DNA of 64,000 bases, from NCBI GenBank assembly GCA_963835065.1, contig CAWIEK010000049.1:256001-320000 (forward strand), given 5' to 3'. Position numbers and translations under genes: made by a program. The notes beneath the pieces were generated by a model, which did no database searches, had not been told where the DNA came from, and was given only the letters and a program-made list of their open reading frames with translations. Source of the stretch: an uncultured Chthonomonadaceae bacterium (GTDB lineage Bacteria > Armatimonadota > Chthonomonadetes > Chthonomonadales > Chthonomonadaceae). Below are positions 9,330 to 19,266 of the stretch, one piece after another; within the stretch, counting starts at the first letter, position 1, and every line of letters begins with the position of its first letter.

Positions 9330-10469
9330 ATGGAACTCAATCTTGATAAAATGATTCTCGACGCATTTGTGGAATCTTCCTCCGACCTGTTTCTCAAATC
9401 GGACAGCCTGCCGTCCATCCGCAAGCACGGGCGGATTGCGCGGCTGGAGGGCTATGAGCAGCTTACGCTGGCGCAGGTGAAGGAACTGGTGTACAGTAAA
9501 ATGACGCCGCACCAGCAGGCGGTTTTCGAGCAGCACCATGAAATGGACCTTGCGTTCTCCGTAGGCAAAGAGCTGCGTATCCGCATGAACATTTACATGC
9601 AGCGCGGCGGCCCTGCGACAGTCTGCCGCTTGATACCCACCAACATCCGGTCCCTGGATGAACTCGGCGTCCCGCCCAAAGTGAAAGATTTTACCACGCA
9701 CCGCAACGGGCTTGTTCTCATAACGGGTCCGACGGGATCGGGCAAGACCACCACGCTTGCCGCCATGATTGACCTGATCAATCAGCATCGCAAAGTCAAC
9801 ATCATTACGCTGGAAGACCCCATCGAATTTGTGCATGTGGACAAGGAAGCGATTGTCAGCCAGCGCGAAGTCGGCATTGACACGGATAACTTCAATGTCG
9901 CCCTGCGCCATGTGCTGCGCCAAGCGCCGGACATTATTCTCATCGGAGAAATGCGCGACCTGGAAACCATGAACATCGCGCTGCAGGCGGCGGAAACCGG
10001 CCACCTTGTTTTTGCCACGGTTCACACGGCGAGCGCGGCGGAAACGCTGGATCGTATTTCCAATATGTACGCGCCGCATGAGCGTCCGATGCTATGGCTG
10101 CGCATGTCGGTCACGCTGCGCGGCGTTTTGTCACAGAAACTGCTGCCCCGAGCCGATGGCAAGGGCCGCGTGGCGGCTATCGAAGTGATGGACGTGACGC
10201 CTACCATTCAGAAGATGCTGGAAGATGGCAAATCCGATGAAATCTATTCGGCCATTCGGCAGGCGGGCACGGAAGCGTACTGGGGCATGCAGACCATGAA
10301 CCAATGCCTGCTGCGCTATTACAAAGCGGGCATCATTTCGGAACAGGACGCGCTTTCCAATGCGGGGCAGCCGACGGAATTGAAGCAGTTGATTCGTATG
10401 GCGTATCAACGCGGCGAAGTGGCCGCGCCGGTCGGTTCGGCACAGAGCAACGCCGCCGCACCACGATAG
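9330..10469 (+). CDS. PilT/PilU-family type IV pilus ATPase
   Basis: GPTGSGKTT, TLEDPIE, LRQAPDIILIGEMRD, AETGHLVFATVH, GMQT; lacks the AIRNLIRE motif. Confidence 0.92.
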   Translation: MELNLDKMILDAFVESSSDLFLKSDSLPSIRKHGRIARLEGYEQLTLAQVKELVYSKMTPHQQAVFEQHHEMDLAFSVGKELRIRMNIYMQRGGPATVCRLIPTNIRSLDELGVPPKVKDFTTHRNGLVLITGPTGSGKTTTLAAMIDLINQHRKVNIITLEDPIEFVHVDKEAIVSQREVGIDTDNFNVALRHVLRQAPDIILIGEMRDLETMNIALQAAETGHLVFATVHTASAAETLDRISNMYAPHERPMLWLRMSVTLRGVLSQKLLPRADGKGRVAAIEVMDVTPTIQKMLEDGKSDEIYSAIRQAGTEAYWGMQTMNQCLLRYYKAGIISEQDALSNAGQPTELKQLIRMAYQRGEVAAPVGSAQSNAAAPR

Positions 10470-10602
10470 TACACTGCGGATAACGAGCGGCCACATCAAA
10501 GGAGCAGCCGAGTCGTGAACCATTCGGCTGATAAGCCCCCGGCCAACCGGTCTGCGACCGGGATACCCGGACTCAGATAGCCTGTTTGCCTCCCTTTCAT
10601 GT

Positions 10603-10652
10603 AAGAAGACCTCTTGTATTGGCAATGTCCAATGTGAGAGGTCTTCTTGTTG
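10603..10652 (+). terminator. Long hairpin, probable terminator
   Basis: aagaagacctc..attgg..ccaat..gaggtcttctt. Confidence 0.6.
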
Positions 10653-10781
10653 GTTGTTACCGGGGTATTTTTGGCTTCTATCCGGCAGACTGAGTGAGAA
10701 GGAAGGCGAGACGGGGTACAATAACATCATTACATCAACACAATGTCACTCTCGAAACGTTGAGTATAGGATAATCAGAAC

Positions 10782-11567
10782 ATGGCGGGAATTATGGAGG
10801 GCCGGCGGGTGCTGGTCACGGGTGTACGGAACAAGTGGTCTATCGCCTGGCACACGGCGCTATCGCTGCACCGCGAAGGGGCGGAGTTGGCGTTTTCGGT
10901 GTTTGGGGAACGGGAAGCCGGCGGCGTGACGAAACTGCTGCGCGATGCCGGGTTTGAGTCGCCGATTATTTCCTGCGATGCGTCCGATGAGGCGCAGGTG
11001 GACGCGCTGTTTACGCAGTTGCATACGCCCTTTGAGGGAAAATTGGACGGCCTGCTGCACGGCATCGCGTTTTCCAATAAGGATGATTTGAGCGGGGAGT
11101 ATGTCGCCACTTCCAAAGCCGGGTTTACGCTGGCGCATGAAAACAGCGCGTATACGCTGGTGGCGCTGGCGCGTGGGGCGCGTCCGATGATGCAGGCGGC
11201 GGGCGGGGGCAGCGTGGTCACGCTTACGTACCTGGGGTCTGAGCGCGTGGTTCCGAACTACAACATTATGGGCGTTGCCAAAGCGTCACTGGAAGCGAGC
11301 GTTCGTTACCTGGCTTCGGATTTGGGGCCGGACAACATTCGCGTGAACGCTATCTCGGCGGGGCCAATCAAGACGCTGGCGGCAAGCGCGATTGCCAATT
11401 TTGACACGATGCTCAAACAGTTTGCGGAACGCGCCCCGCTGCGCCGGGCGGTGGACGCGGATGAAGTAGGGGATGCGGTGATGTTCCTGTTGAGTCGGCT
11501 GGCGCGCGGAATTACGGGCGAAGTGATTTACGTGGACGGCGGATACAACATCATGGGAATGCTTTAA
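10782..11567 (+). CDS. fabI: Enoyl-ACP reductase
   Basis: SIAW, YNIMGVAKASLE, NAISAGPIKT, ITGEVIYVDGG. Confidence 0.95.
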   Translation: MAGIMEGRRVLVTGVRNKWSIAWHTALSLHREGAELAFSVFGEREAGGVTKLLRDAGFESPIISCDASDEAQVDALFTQLHTPFEGKLDGLLHGIAFSNKDDLSGEYVATSKAGFTLAHENSAYTLVALARGARPMMQAAGGGSVVTLTYLGSERVVPNYNIMGVAKASLEASVRYLASDLGPDNIRVNAISAGPIKTLAASAIANFDTMLKQFAERAPLRRAVDADEVGDAVMFLLSRLARGITGEVIYVDGGYNIMGML

Positions 11568-11600
11568 ATTCGGTGTTCGGTATTCGGTAATCGGTAGTTG
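11568..11600. repeat. (TTCGGTR)n heptamer array
   Basis: attcggtgttcggtattcggtaatcggtag; related arrays at 5867-5900, 35022-35115 and 59168-59200. Confidence 0.7.
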
Positions 11601-11653
11601 GATTCACAGGTATTTTCTTCCAATTTGGGGAAGCCTGTAGATGGAGAACTCGA

Positions 11654-12769
11654 GTGACACAAACGGGGATGATTCCGTTTCCGCGTATTTTGCTGGGGCC
11701 GGGACCGAGCAGCGTGACGCCGCGTGTGCTGGAAGCGCTGGCTCGCGCTCCTATCGGGTATCTGGACCCGGAACTGTTTACATTACTGGAGGCTATGCGC
11801 GGAAATCTGCGGACGGTGTTTGGAACGAAAAACGATTTCACCATTCCTCTGACGGGCACGGGCATGGCAGGCATGGAGTGCTGCCTTGCCAATCTGCTGG
11901 AACCGGGAGATACGGTTGTCATCGGAATTGCAGGCTTCTTTGGCGGGCGCATGGCGGAAATCAGCCGACGATTGGGCGCTCAGGTGATTGAAGTTCAGGC
12001 GGAGTGGGGGCGTGTTCTGGAACCTGAGCAGTTTGCCGCCGCGCTTAAATCGCTGACGAACGTAAAATTGGTCGGCTGCGTACATGCGGAGACTTCGACG
12101 GGCGTACATCAGCCGCTGGAAGCGATTGTCGCTCTGGCGCATCAGCATAGCGCGTTGTTTTTGGCGGACGCGGTAACATCTTTGGGCGGACTTCCCGTAG
12201 ACATAGATAACGTGGGCATAGACGTTTGTTATTCCGGTACGCAGAAGTGCATGGGAGCGCCGCCCGGACTATCGCCACTGACGGTTTCGGAGCGCGCGCT
12301 GGAAACGGCGTGGAACCGGAAAACACCGCTTGCCGATTGGTTCTTCGATTGGAAGCTGTTGCGCGATTATTATGATGGCGCTCATGCGTATCATCATACG
12401 GTTCCCGTAAACTTGTACTATGCGCTTGATGCCGCGCTTGAAGAGATGATGGAAGAGGGTCTGGAAGCGCGGTTTGCGCGGCATCGGGCAGTCAGCGCGC
12501 AGTTGATGTCGGGCCTTTCCAATTTGGGGATTGAGCCGTTCGCGCAGGAAGGGCATCGGCTGCCGACGCTGAACGCCGTAGCAATTCCGAGTGGCGTGAG
12601 TGATGAAGCGGCGGTACGCAAGCGCCTGCTGATGGAATACGGACTGGAAATCGGCGGCGGGTTGGGGGCGTTGAAGGGCAAAATCTGGCGTATCGGCACT
12701 ATGGGCGCTTCGGCGACGCATCGCAATGTGACCCTGCTGCTGGCGGCATTGAAAGAAGTCCTGGATTGA
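11654..12769 (+). CDS. Alanine--glyoxylate / serine--pyruvate aminotransferase (class V)
   Basis: LLGPGPS, HAETSTG, DAVTSLGG, SGTQKC, YHHT, WRIGTMG. Confidence 0.92.
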   Translation: MTQTGMIPFPRILLGPGPSSVTPRVLEALARAPIGYLDPELFTLLEAMRGNLRTVFGTKNDFTIPLTGTGMAGMECCLANLLEPGDTVVIGIAGFFGGRMAEISRRLGAQVIEVQAEWGRVLEPEQFAAALKSLTNVKLVGCVHAETSTGVHQPLEAIVALAHQHSALFLADAVTSLGGLPVDIDNVGIDVCYSGTQKCMGAPPGLSPLTVSERALETAWNRKTPLADWFFDWKLLRDYYDGAHAYHHTVPVNLYYALDAALEEMMEEGLEARFARHRAVSAQLMSGLSNLGIEPFAQEGHRLPTLNAVAIPSGVSDEAAVRKRLLMEYGLEIGGGLGALKGKIWRIGTMGASATHRNVTLLLAALKEVLD

Positions 12770-12819
12770 ACGTGCTATTGTGATCAAGCGCATTTACGGA
12801 AGACGCGAGGATTTATCTG

Positions 12820-13812
12820 ATGGGGCTTTTTCCAAAAGAGATGGAAGTTGGCAATGTGAGTTTGGGATCGGCTCCCAAGCGGATGCAGTGGACTCGTGAG
12901 CGGGGAACGCGCCGTCTGCTGGCGGGGCTTGCTATAATCACTGCCGCCTGGTTTGCGTATTCGCAGGTACAGGATCATATCCTGCTGCAAGCGCATTGGG
13001 AACGGCTGGCTCCCAATACACAGGGATTGACGCTTGTCGGTACGCTGAATTCACGGGACAGTTATGATCGCAACCTGATTAAGATTATTACGGCCAACAA
13101 ATCTTCGCGGGTGGTGCTGACGGAATATGGATGGAAGACGATATTCGACGTTCGGAACGGACCGTTGTTTGATGACCAGGCTTCCGGCGCGATTCAGGCG
13201 GCCTTGAAGCAGGATGATGTGGTGGGCTATGCCATGCTGACGCCCTTCCTGCGCGGCGCGCTTGAAAAACAGATGGGGGACGCAAGCGCCTTTAAAGCCG
13301 TGCGCGAGGAACTTCCGATCACGATCCCCAAGCATACCAAAGACGGGCATGAGGAGCAAACTACGCTCGGAAATCTGCTGCGCCGCTATGAGGGGCAGGG
13401 AGCGCAGGAGGGGGCGGAGCCAAGCGATGTGCCGGAATCAGGCAGCGGCAGCGGCAGGGAAAAAGAAATCAATGTTACCATTCCGGCGGAGACTCTGGTG
13501 TTGGCCTGCCCGGTAGTGCTGACGGACAAACAGATTGCCGGCGCGTGGCTGGAAGAGGTACAGGGCAATCTGCTGACGCCAACCTCGTATACAATCCATC
13601 TGGATTTATCGCCGGAAGGCAGATCGCGCTTTTTCCAATGGTCGCATGAGCATGTGAATGAGAACATCGCTTTTGTGCTGAATGGACAAGTGGTTGCCGC
13701 GCCCCGCGTGACGCAAACCCTGAACGTAAGCGACTTTTCGGTCAACAACGTGCAGGATAAAAAGGCGGCTCAATCGGTGGTGGATTATCTTTCGCAGCAC
13801 AGCAGCAAGTAG
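12820..13812 (+). CDS. Membrane-anchored protein with a C-terminal SecD P1-head-like domain
   Basis: One N-terminal TM; LSPEGRSRF..IAFVLNGQVVAAPRV. Confidence 0.6.
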   Translation: MGLFPKEMEVGNVSLGSAPKRMQWTRERGTRRLLAGLAIITAAWFAYSQVQDHILLQAHWERLAPNTQGLTLVGTLNSRDSYDRNLIKIITANKSSRVVLTEYGWKTIFDVRNGPLFDDQASGAIQAALKQDDVVGYAMLTPFLRGALEKQMGDASAFKAVREELPITIPKHTKDGHEEQTTLGNLLRRYEGQGAQEGAEPSDVPESGSGSGREKEINVTIPAETLVLACPVVLTDKQIAGAWLEEVQGNLLTPTSYTIHLDLSPEGRSRFFQWSHEHVNENIAFVLNGQVVAAPRVTQTLNVSDFSVNNVQDKKAAQSVVDYLSQHSSK

Positions 13813-13903
13813 AAGGTGCATGTAGCCTATTGGGCATAGTCGCCTATAGGCAAGTTCCCCAATAGGTGAACTTGCATAGGAAGTCAGAATAGAGTGGAAA
13901 CAG

Positions 13904-14006
13904 CGGAGCCGCGTCGCGGCTCCGAATTTTTTGTGCGGGCGTACGCCCGCACAAAAAATTCGTTTGATGGTAAGTCACCTTCCTGTACCACTACATTATC
14001 GGACGT
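13904..14006 (-). repeat. Composite palindrome / XerC-arm-like element, copy B
   Basis: Hairpin 13904-13924, perfect 40-bp palindrome 13923-13962, TTATCGGACGT 13996-14006. Confidence 0.85.
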
Positions 14007-14009
14007 TTC

Positions 14010-14530
14010 AAAGAGTTTCAAAGGGTTCCATTAGTACATTAAGGGTTCCCCGCACGAAAGGGATAGGTTCACGAGAAGGGATAGGTTCACGATGTTGTAG
14101 AATTTCTTTGACCGCCCGAAAAGCCATCAGTTGCCGTCGCTGATTCCCCATTTAAACTCTCGATATTGTATCTGCGATACGATCTTTGAAGTTAGCAGTA
14201 CCTTGTCAGTGCGAGGAGTAGGCTTCCTGAAGCCACTCAACAACCGTTTCAATCGTCTAAATGTTCGCACCTCCGTTTTGCATCTCAACGTGTCTGGTAA
14301 AACACTCCAGTTTGAAGGATCAAACTCTATCTCCTTCAGTTTCAAATAGGTCATGTGTCCAGTTAAAGTAAACGCTATTTGGATGTCAGGCTGGTACCCT
14401 TAGAGCATCTGCTTGTTGGTATGATGGAATTGCGGTGGATACGCAGAAGCGATCTCCTGAGCAACAAATGTCAGTCGGGATATCTGATTTTCCGAGAAAG
14501 GTTGCATCAAGGGGCAATGTCTCCAATCTG
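14010..14530. other. AT-rich segment with only short ORF fragments
   Basis: Visibly lower GC; 75-aa ORF 14127-14354(-); AAGGGATAGGTTCACGA tandem duplicate near 14057-14091. Confidence 0.5.
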
Positions 14531-14531
14531 C

Positions 14532-15401
14532 TTACAAGGACTCGATTTGGTTTATCTGTAGTGATATTAACGTGCCCCCGGCGATCAATAACAGTTCCCG
14601 AATCTGTGGCAGCAGGGCTTGCATGTTTGCCGTCACGGCTTGATGATCTACGGGGTCGGATGTCAGGCCGGCTCCATAGTTCGTGACGATGCCGAGCGCG
14701 GCGTATTCCAGACCGGCTTCACGGGCAAATACCGCTTCCGGCAGGCCGGTCATACCTACCACGTCACCGCCCCATTGCGCGAACAAACGCACTTCGGCGG
14801 GACTCTCAAAGCGGGGGCCATCGCAGCACACATACGTGCCTTGTGGCCGGAGCGTAATACCGCTCTGATGGGCCACTTCCATGACGACCCTGCGCAGGAG
14901 GGGACTGTAGGGCGTGGAAAAATCAACGTGGGACCAGGCTTCATCGGGCGCGAAGTAGGTAAGTGGGCGTGTCCGGGTAAAATCTATAAAATCGTCGAGC
15001 AGCACGAGCGAACCGGGCGCAATATCCATACGCAGCGATCCGACCGCGTTTGTGGCAAATACATAGCGGACGCCCAGTTGCTTTAACGCGGCGATGTTGG
15101 CGCGATAATTGATCTGATGGGGAGCCAATCCATGTGTAACCCCGTGCCGCGCCAGAAAGTAGAGTTTGTACGGCTCGACGTAATTATTGGATACGCTTAA
15201 AACGCGCGCCGAACCATGCGGGGTTTGCAGTTCCATCGGTTCCGCATAAATTTCGGGCGGCATCTCCTCGAAACCCGTCCCGCCAATGATAGCAATATGT
15301 CCCTCCGCGGCATCCGGGTCAATGGCCTGCGCGGACTTTGCTGTTTCGGCTGGTTGATATGTATGATTTTGCATGGAAGTTGTACTGCTGTTATTGTTCA
15401 T
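14532..15401 (-). CDS. Methylthioadenosine/methylthioinosine phosphorylase (MTAP family)
   Basis: IIGGTG, RHG..H..APHQINYRANI, AVGSL, GPRFESPAE, VGMTGLPE. Confidence 0.92.
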   Translation of the reverse strand: MNNNSSTTSMQNHTYQPAETAKSAQAIDPDAAEGHIAIIGGTGFEEMPPEIYAEPMELQTPHGSARVLSVSNNYVEPYKLYFLARHGVTHGLAPHQINYRANIAALKQLGVRYVFATNAVGSLRMDIAPGSLVLLDDFIDFTRTRPLTYFAPDEAWSHVDFSTPYSPLLRRVVMEVAHQSGITLRPQGTYVCCDGPRFESPAEVRLFAQWGGDVVGMTGLPEAVFAREAGLEYAALGIVTNYGAGLTSDPVDHQAVTANMQALLPQIRELLLIAGGTLISLQINQIESL

Positions 15402-15527
15402 ATTCGTCTCACAATCAATGATGGAAAATAGTTTACCTTATTAGAAAAATCCGGTTGTTCGGCTTTCGGCCAATCGTCTTACGGACGAAAGAACTTCTGG
15501 CATATTTACGTCGCAGTGTAGTAGGTC

Positions 15528-15556
15528 TTGACACACAGGGATGGGTTCGGTATACT
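15528..15556 (+). promoter_or_regulatory. Sigma70 promoter
   Basis: TTGACA-N17-TATACT. Confidence 0.8.
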
Positions 15557-15606
15557 CCCCACTAACTATTCCTGTCAGGAAAATAATTCGCAAGAAAATA
15601 ATCGAA

Positions 15607-16452
15607 ATGACGCAAGCAAGTTCTACACCCGCATCAACAGCCAGACGTGACATCAAGCAGGCAGACGGACGCAGTTTTGATCGCATCGCCGTCCGCACCC
15701 ATAAGGTTCTGTTTGGCGAAGATTTGGGCGAAGTGATTGCGCGATATGCGCAGCCACACCTCACGCCCAATTCCATAATTTGCTTATCGGAAAAGTTCGT
15801 CACGATCTGCCAGAACAACGTGCGCCATATCAGCGACGTTCACGATACCTGGCTGGCGCGTTTGATTGTTAAGTATGTTACCAAACATCGCGATGATATT
15901 GGATACTCGCACCCAAAAAAAATGCAGGTCGCCATTGAACTTGCCGGCTATCCGCGCATAATCGCCGCGGTGATCTTAGGGGGAGCAAGCCGCCTGCTGC
16001 TGAAAAGGCGCGGGGATTTCTACCGCATTGCCGGCAACCGCATTTCTGAAATAGACGGCTTTAATCCGGCGGCTATGAAACCTTTCGATGAGTATGCGAT
16101 GCTTCCGCCCCGGCGTCCGAATGAAACGTGCGATGAACTGGCGGCTCGTTTCCAGTGCGGCTGCTACATCATTGACGGCAACAACATCAATGTGGAAGTG
16201 ATCGGCATGAGCCGCAACATGGCCGATTTGAATGTCAATCTCGCAACCGCCCGCCTTCTGATGCTCGACAACCCTATGGGGCAAAACGACGAACTGACAC
16301 CTATTTTCGTGCTGCGTGAAATAAAGATGGAGACGCCTGCTTCCGTAGCCATTAACTCTGCCGACAGCAAGCCGGAGGCCATTGACGCCCAAATCAACGC
16401 TAAAAGCGCTGATGCCACAGAAGCTAAGCGCACAAGCGGCGCTAAGTCGTAA
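15607..16452 (+). CDS. F420-0:gamma-glutamyl ligase (CofE)-like protein
   Basis: VRTH..GEDL, SEKFVTICQ, RGDFYRIAG, IDG, IIDGN, DNPMGQNDELTP. Confidence 0.7.
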   Translation: MTQASSTPASTARRDIKQADGRSFDRIAVRTHKVLFGEDLGEVIARYAQPHLTPNSIICLSEKFVTICQNNVRHISDVHDTWLARLIVKYVTKHRDDIGYSHPKKMQVAIELAGYPRIIAAVILGGASRLLLKRRGDFYRIAGNRISEIDGFNPAAMKPFDEYAMLPPRRPNETCDELAARFQCGCYIIDGNNINVEVIGMSRNMADLNVNLATARLLMLDNPMGQNDELTPIFVLREIKMETPASVAINSADSKPEAIDAQINAKSADATEAKRTSGAKS

Positions 16453-16453
16453 C

Positions 16454-19223
16454 ATGCCAATCCGCGCGGAGAATTACTCGCCTCCATCCATTCTATCTGT
16501 CCGACGCGCTCCGCGCCTTACCGCCTGCGCGTGGGAGTACCCGTTTCTCCTCGCTTTTGCCATGCTGCTGCTCTGGCCGTTGTGCCGGGGGCGTTCGCTG
16601 TACTGGGGCGACATCATGCTGTACTTTGCGCCGATGCTGCATTTTCAGCAGGCCGCGTTACAGCAGGGGCATATTCCGCTGTGGAATCCCACTATTTTGG
16701 GAGGCCAGCCGCTTGTCGGTAATCCACAGATGGGCGTGTTCTATCCGACAACGCCCTTGCTGCTCGTGATGCCCGTCTGGCTTTACATGAGCCTGACCAC
16801 AATTGGACACGTTTTCCTGTGCGGAATCTGCATGAACGCCTACTTACGGGAGTGGACGCAGGATCGCTGGGCGCGACTGGCCGGCAGCCTGACGTACATG
16901 GGCAGCGAGTGTCTGATCGGGCGTATCCAGTTCCCGCCGATGATCTTTTCCGCGCCGTATTTTCCTTTGCTGCTGTGGTGCATTGACCGCTGCCTGGTCG
17001 CCGAACACGCTCACTGCGGCTGCCGCAGAAAGGGAACAGAGAACAGGGAACAGGGAACAGAAGAAGGAAGAAAAGAAGACAGCAGGACAGGGAACAGGGA
17101 ACAGGGAACAGGGAACAGGAATTCGTCTGTTCCGATTGAACCTAAAACAAAACATGAACATGAAACGGAAAACGCGAACGTAATCGAAGCAGTATGTGTT
17201 GAGAATGGCGACTCTACAATTTCGTTGGGTCTACGCTGCGAGACATGCATGCGCGTTCAACGGCAGCGCGTTTGGACGCGCGTTCGATTGTCGCTTGTTG
17301 TCGGCCTGCTGATACTTGCCGCGCATCCACAAATGGCCTACCTGATACTGGCTGTCGGCAGCATTTACACAACGGCGCGTTTGTGGAAGCAAGCGTTACA
17401 TGGCGAACAGACGGCAGGCAAACCGGCGTTATCCGGCAAAACAATCTTTGAACTGCGCGACAGTTCCCATAAATACCCTCGCGCCTCTAATTTACGCGCT
17501 TTCATCCGAACATTGGCTTCGAGCGGCGCGGGACTTTTCGGGGCCGGCCTACTGGGACTGATGCTGTCCGCCGTACAAGCGCTGCCTGCCCTGCAGGTAC
17601 TGCTGGAAAGCCCGCGCGAAAAACTGACGCCGGCGCAGGCCAATCGCTTTTATCTGGAGCCGGCGCATCTGCTGCGGCTGATACTGCCGCGCTTTTGGGG
17701 ACATCCGGCCACTGCGGATTACTGGGGGAGCGGCAATGCCTGGGAACCGGCTTTCTTTGTCGGGTGGCTTCCTCTGCTATTGATTGGTCTTGCCTGCTTT
17801 CGGCTCAGAAAAATCGCGCAAAGTGATGTTCTGGCTGGCAGCCGCGCTGTCGGGAATATGGCTGGCGTTCGGTAATCAAGGCGGGCTTTACTGGCTGGCG
17901 TTCAAAATCGTGCCCGGCTTATCGAATTTTCACGACCCAGCTCGTTTCCTGCTGTTTACGACGCTGGCCTTCGCTGTGCTGACAACAATAGGATGGAACA
18001 TCGGCTGGCAATTCATTTCACGCCGGTTTAAGCGCGAACAATTGTGGGAGAAAATTGGTTTCCTGCGACGTTTTGCATCCTTACAAAGAGCCGGACGTTT
18101 CGTAACGCCAAAACAATCGCGTTTGCTTGTGTTTACCTTGCGGAGTGTCGGAATTGCAGGCATAGCTTTACCCTTGTGGTGGTACGGCAGGGATTGGAAT
18201 CCAACTGTGCCGCATGAGTTTATGGAACGGCAGTCTCACGCGCTTGCTCTTGCGCAGCCACGACCCATTAATGTTACGAAACCAAACGTAACAAATTCAT
18301 CCGATCTAACGAATGGTTCCTTAGACAATTCCCGGCAGCGCATCTATCTTCCCGCCCACGAACCGTTCTGGAAGCGCTATATTACGGATGGGTACAGCGA
18401 TTATGGCTCTGTTGATGCGCTCCATATACAAGCCATGCTGGATACGCTGCTGCCGAATCTAAATATGCAGTGGGGCGTGGACTCGGCCTCCGGTTACGAA
18501 CCGGTTCCGCTTTCCGCGCCGGCCAACGTGGATGTTCTGGGACGACTGGCGCTGCGCAGAAGTGAACCTAATCTGTCACGCCTGCTGTCGCTGATGGGCG
18601 TTGGAACGCTGCTGCTGCCCTCCGAGGACCACATTGCCGCTTCCAGCCTGTCGCCGGAAAATGATCGCCGCTTAGAAGTACGCGCGTGGCGCAATCTGAA
18701 TGTTCTGCCGCGCGCCTGGGTTGTACATTCCCTCCGCCGCGTGGAGGGCAAAACTCGTCTCAGCGCCGCGCTCGCCGCGCCCGACTTCCACCCGGCACAA
18801 CTGGCTTTGATTCAGGATGCGGTTGAAGGGGAGGGGAAGGAAGCCGAACTGGAATGGCCTGCGCCACAAGCGAATGACAAATCTGAGAATAGTTCGACTC
18901 CTACGCCTGTTCACCTCGTGTATTCGGATACACACAGTTTTCAATGGAATGTGGAGGGCGGGGGAGAACCGGGTTTTCTGGTAGCGCGCGCGACGGCGTT
19001 TCCCGGCTGGCAGGCGGAATTGGATGGGCATCCCACACCCCTGCATCGCGTGGACGGGGCGTTGATGGGCCTGTACTTGCCGCCCGGCAGCCATCGCGTT
19101 GCCCTGCGATATGCGCCTGCCTGTTACCGGTTTGGTGGGTACTTATCCCTGCTGGCCTGTGGAATGTTAAGCGCGGCTGCGGGCTGGCTGCTTACTTCCC
19201 GACCAAAAAGAGTCCAAACCTGA
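16454..19223 (+). CDS. YfhO-family membrane protein (GT-C-like); +1 frameshift near 17810
   Basis: GDIMLYFAP, IPLWNP..GGQPLVGNPQ..FYP, HPQ, F.DPARF, PRAW, FPGWQAELDG, GSHRVALRYAP. Confidence 0.85.
17031..17140. repeat. In-frame (GGGAACA)n element in the YfhO gene
   Basis: Encodes GTENREQGT..GNREQGTGNR; 17118-17136 is the exact reverse complement of 19833-19851. Confidence 0.85.
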
Positions 19224-19266
19224 CCTGAAAGAGTCCAAACGTAATCCGTCCGGGTCTAAAGCCATT

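Noticed and set aside
9098..9330. tRNA-Ala as the attachment site of an integrated element
   Set aside because: No integrase and no duplicated tRNA 3' end seen in the window; a terminator and a housekeeping gene follow.
19208..19241. AAAGAGTCCAAAC direct repeat at the YfhO stop
   Set aside because: A two-copy local duplication with nothing between to suggest a target-site duplication.
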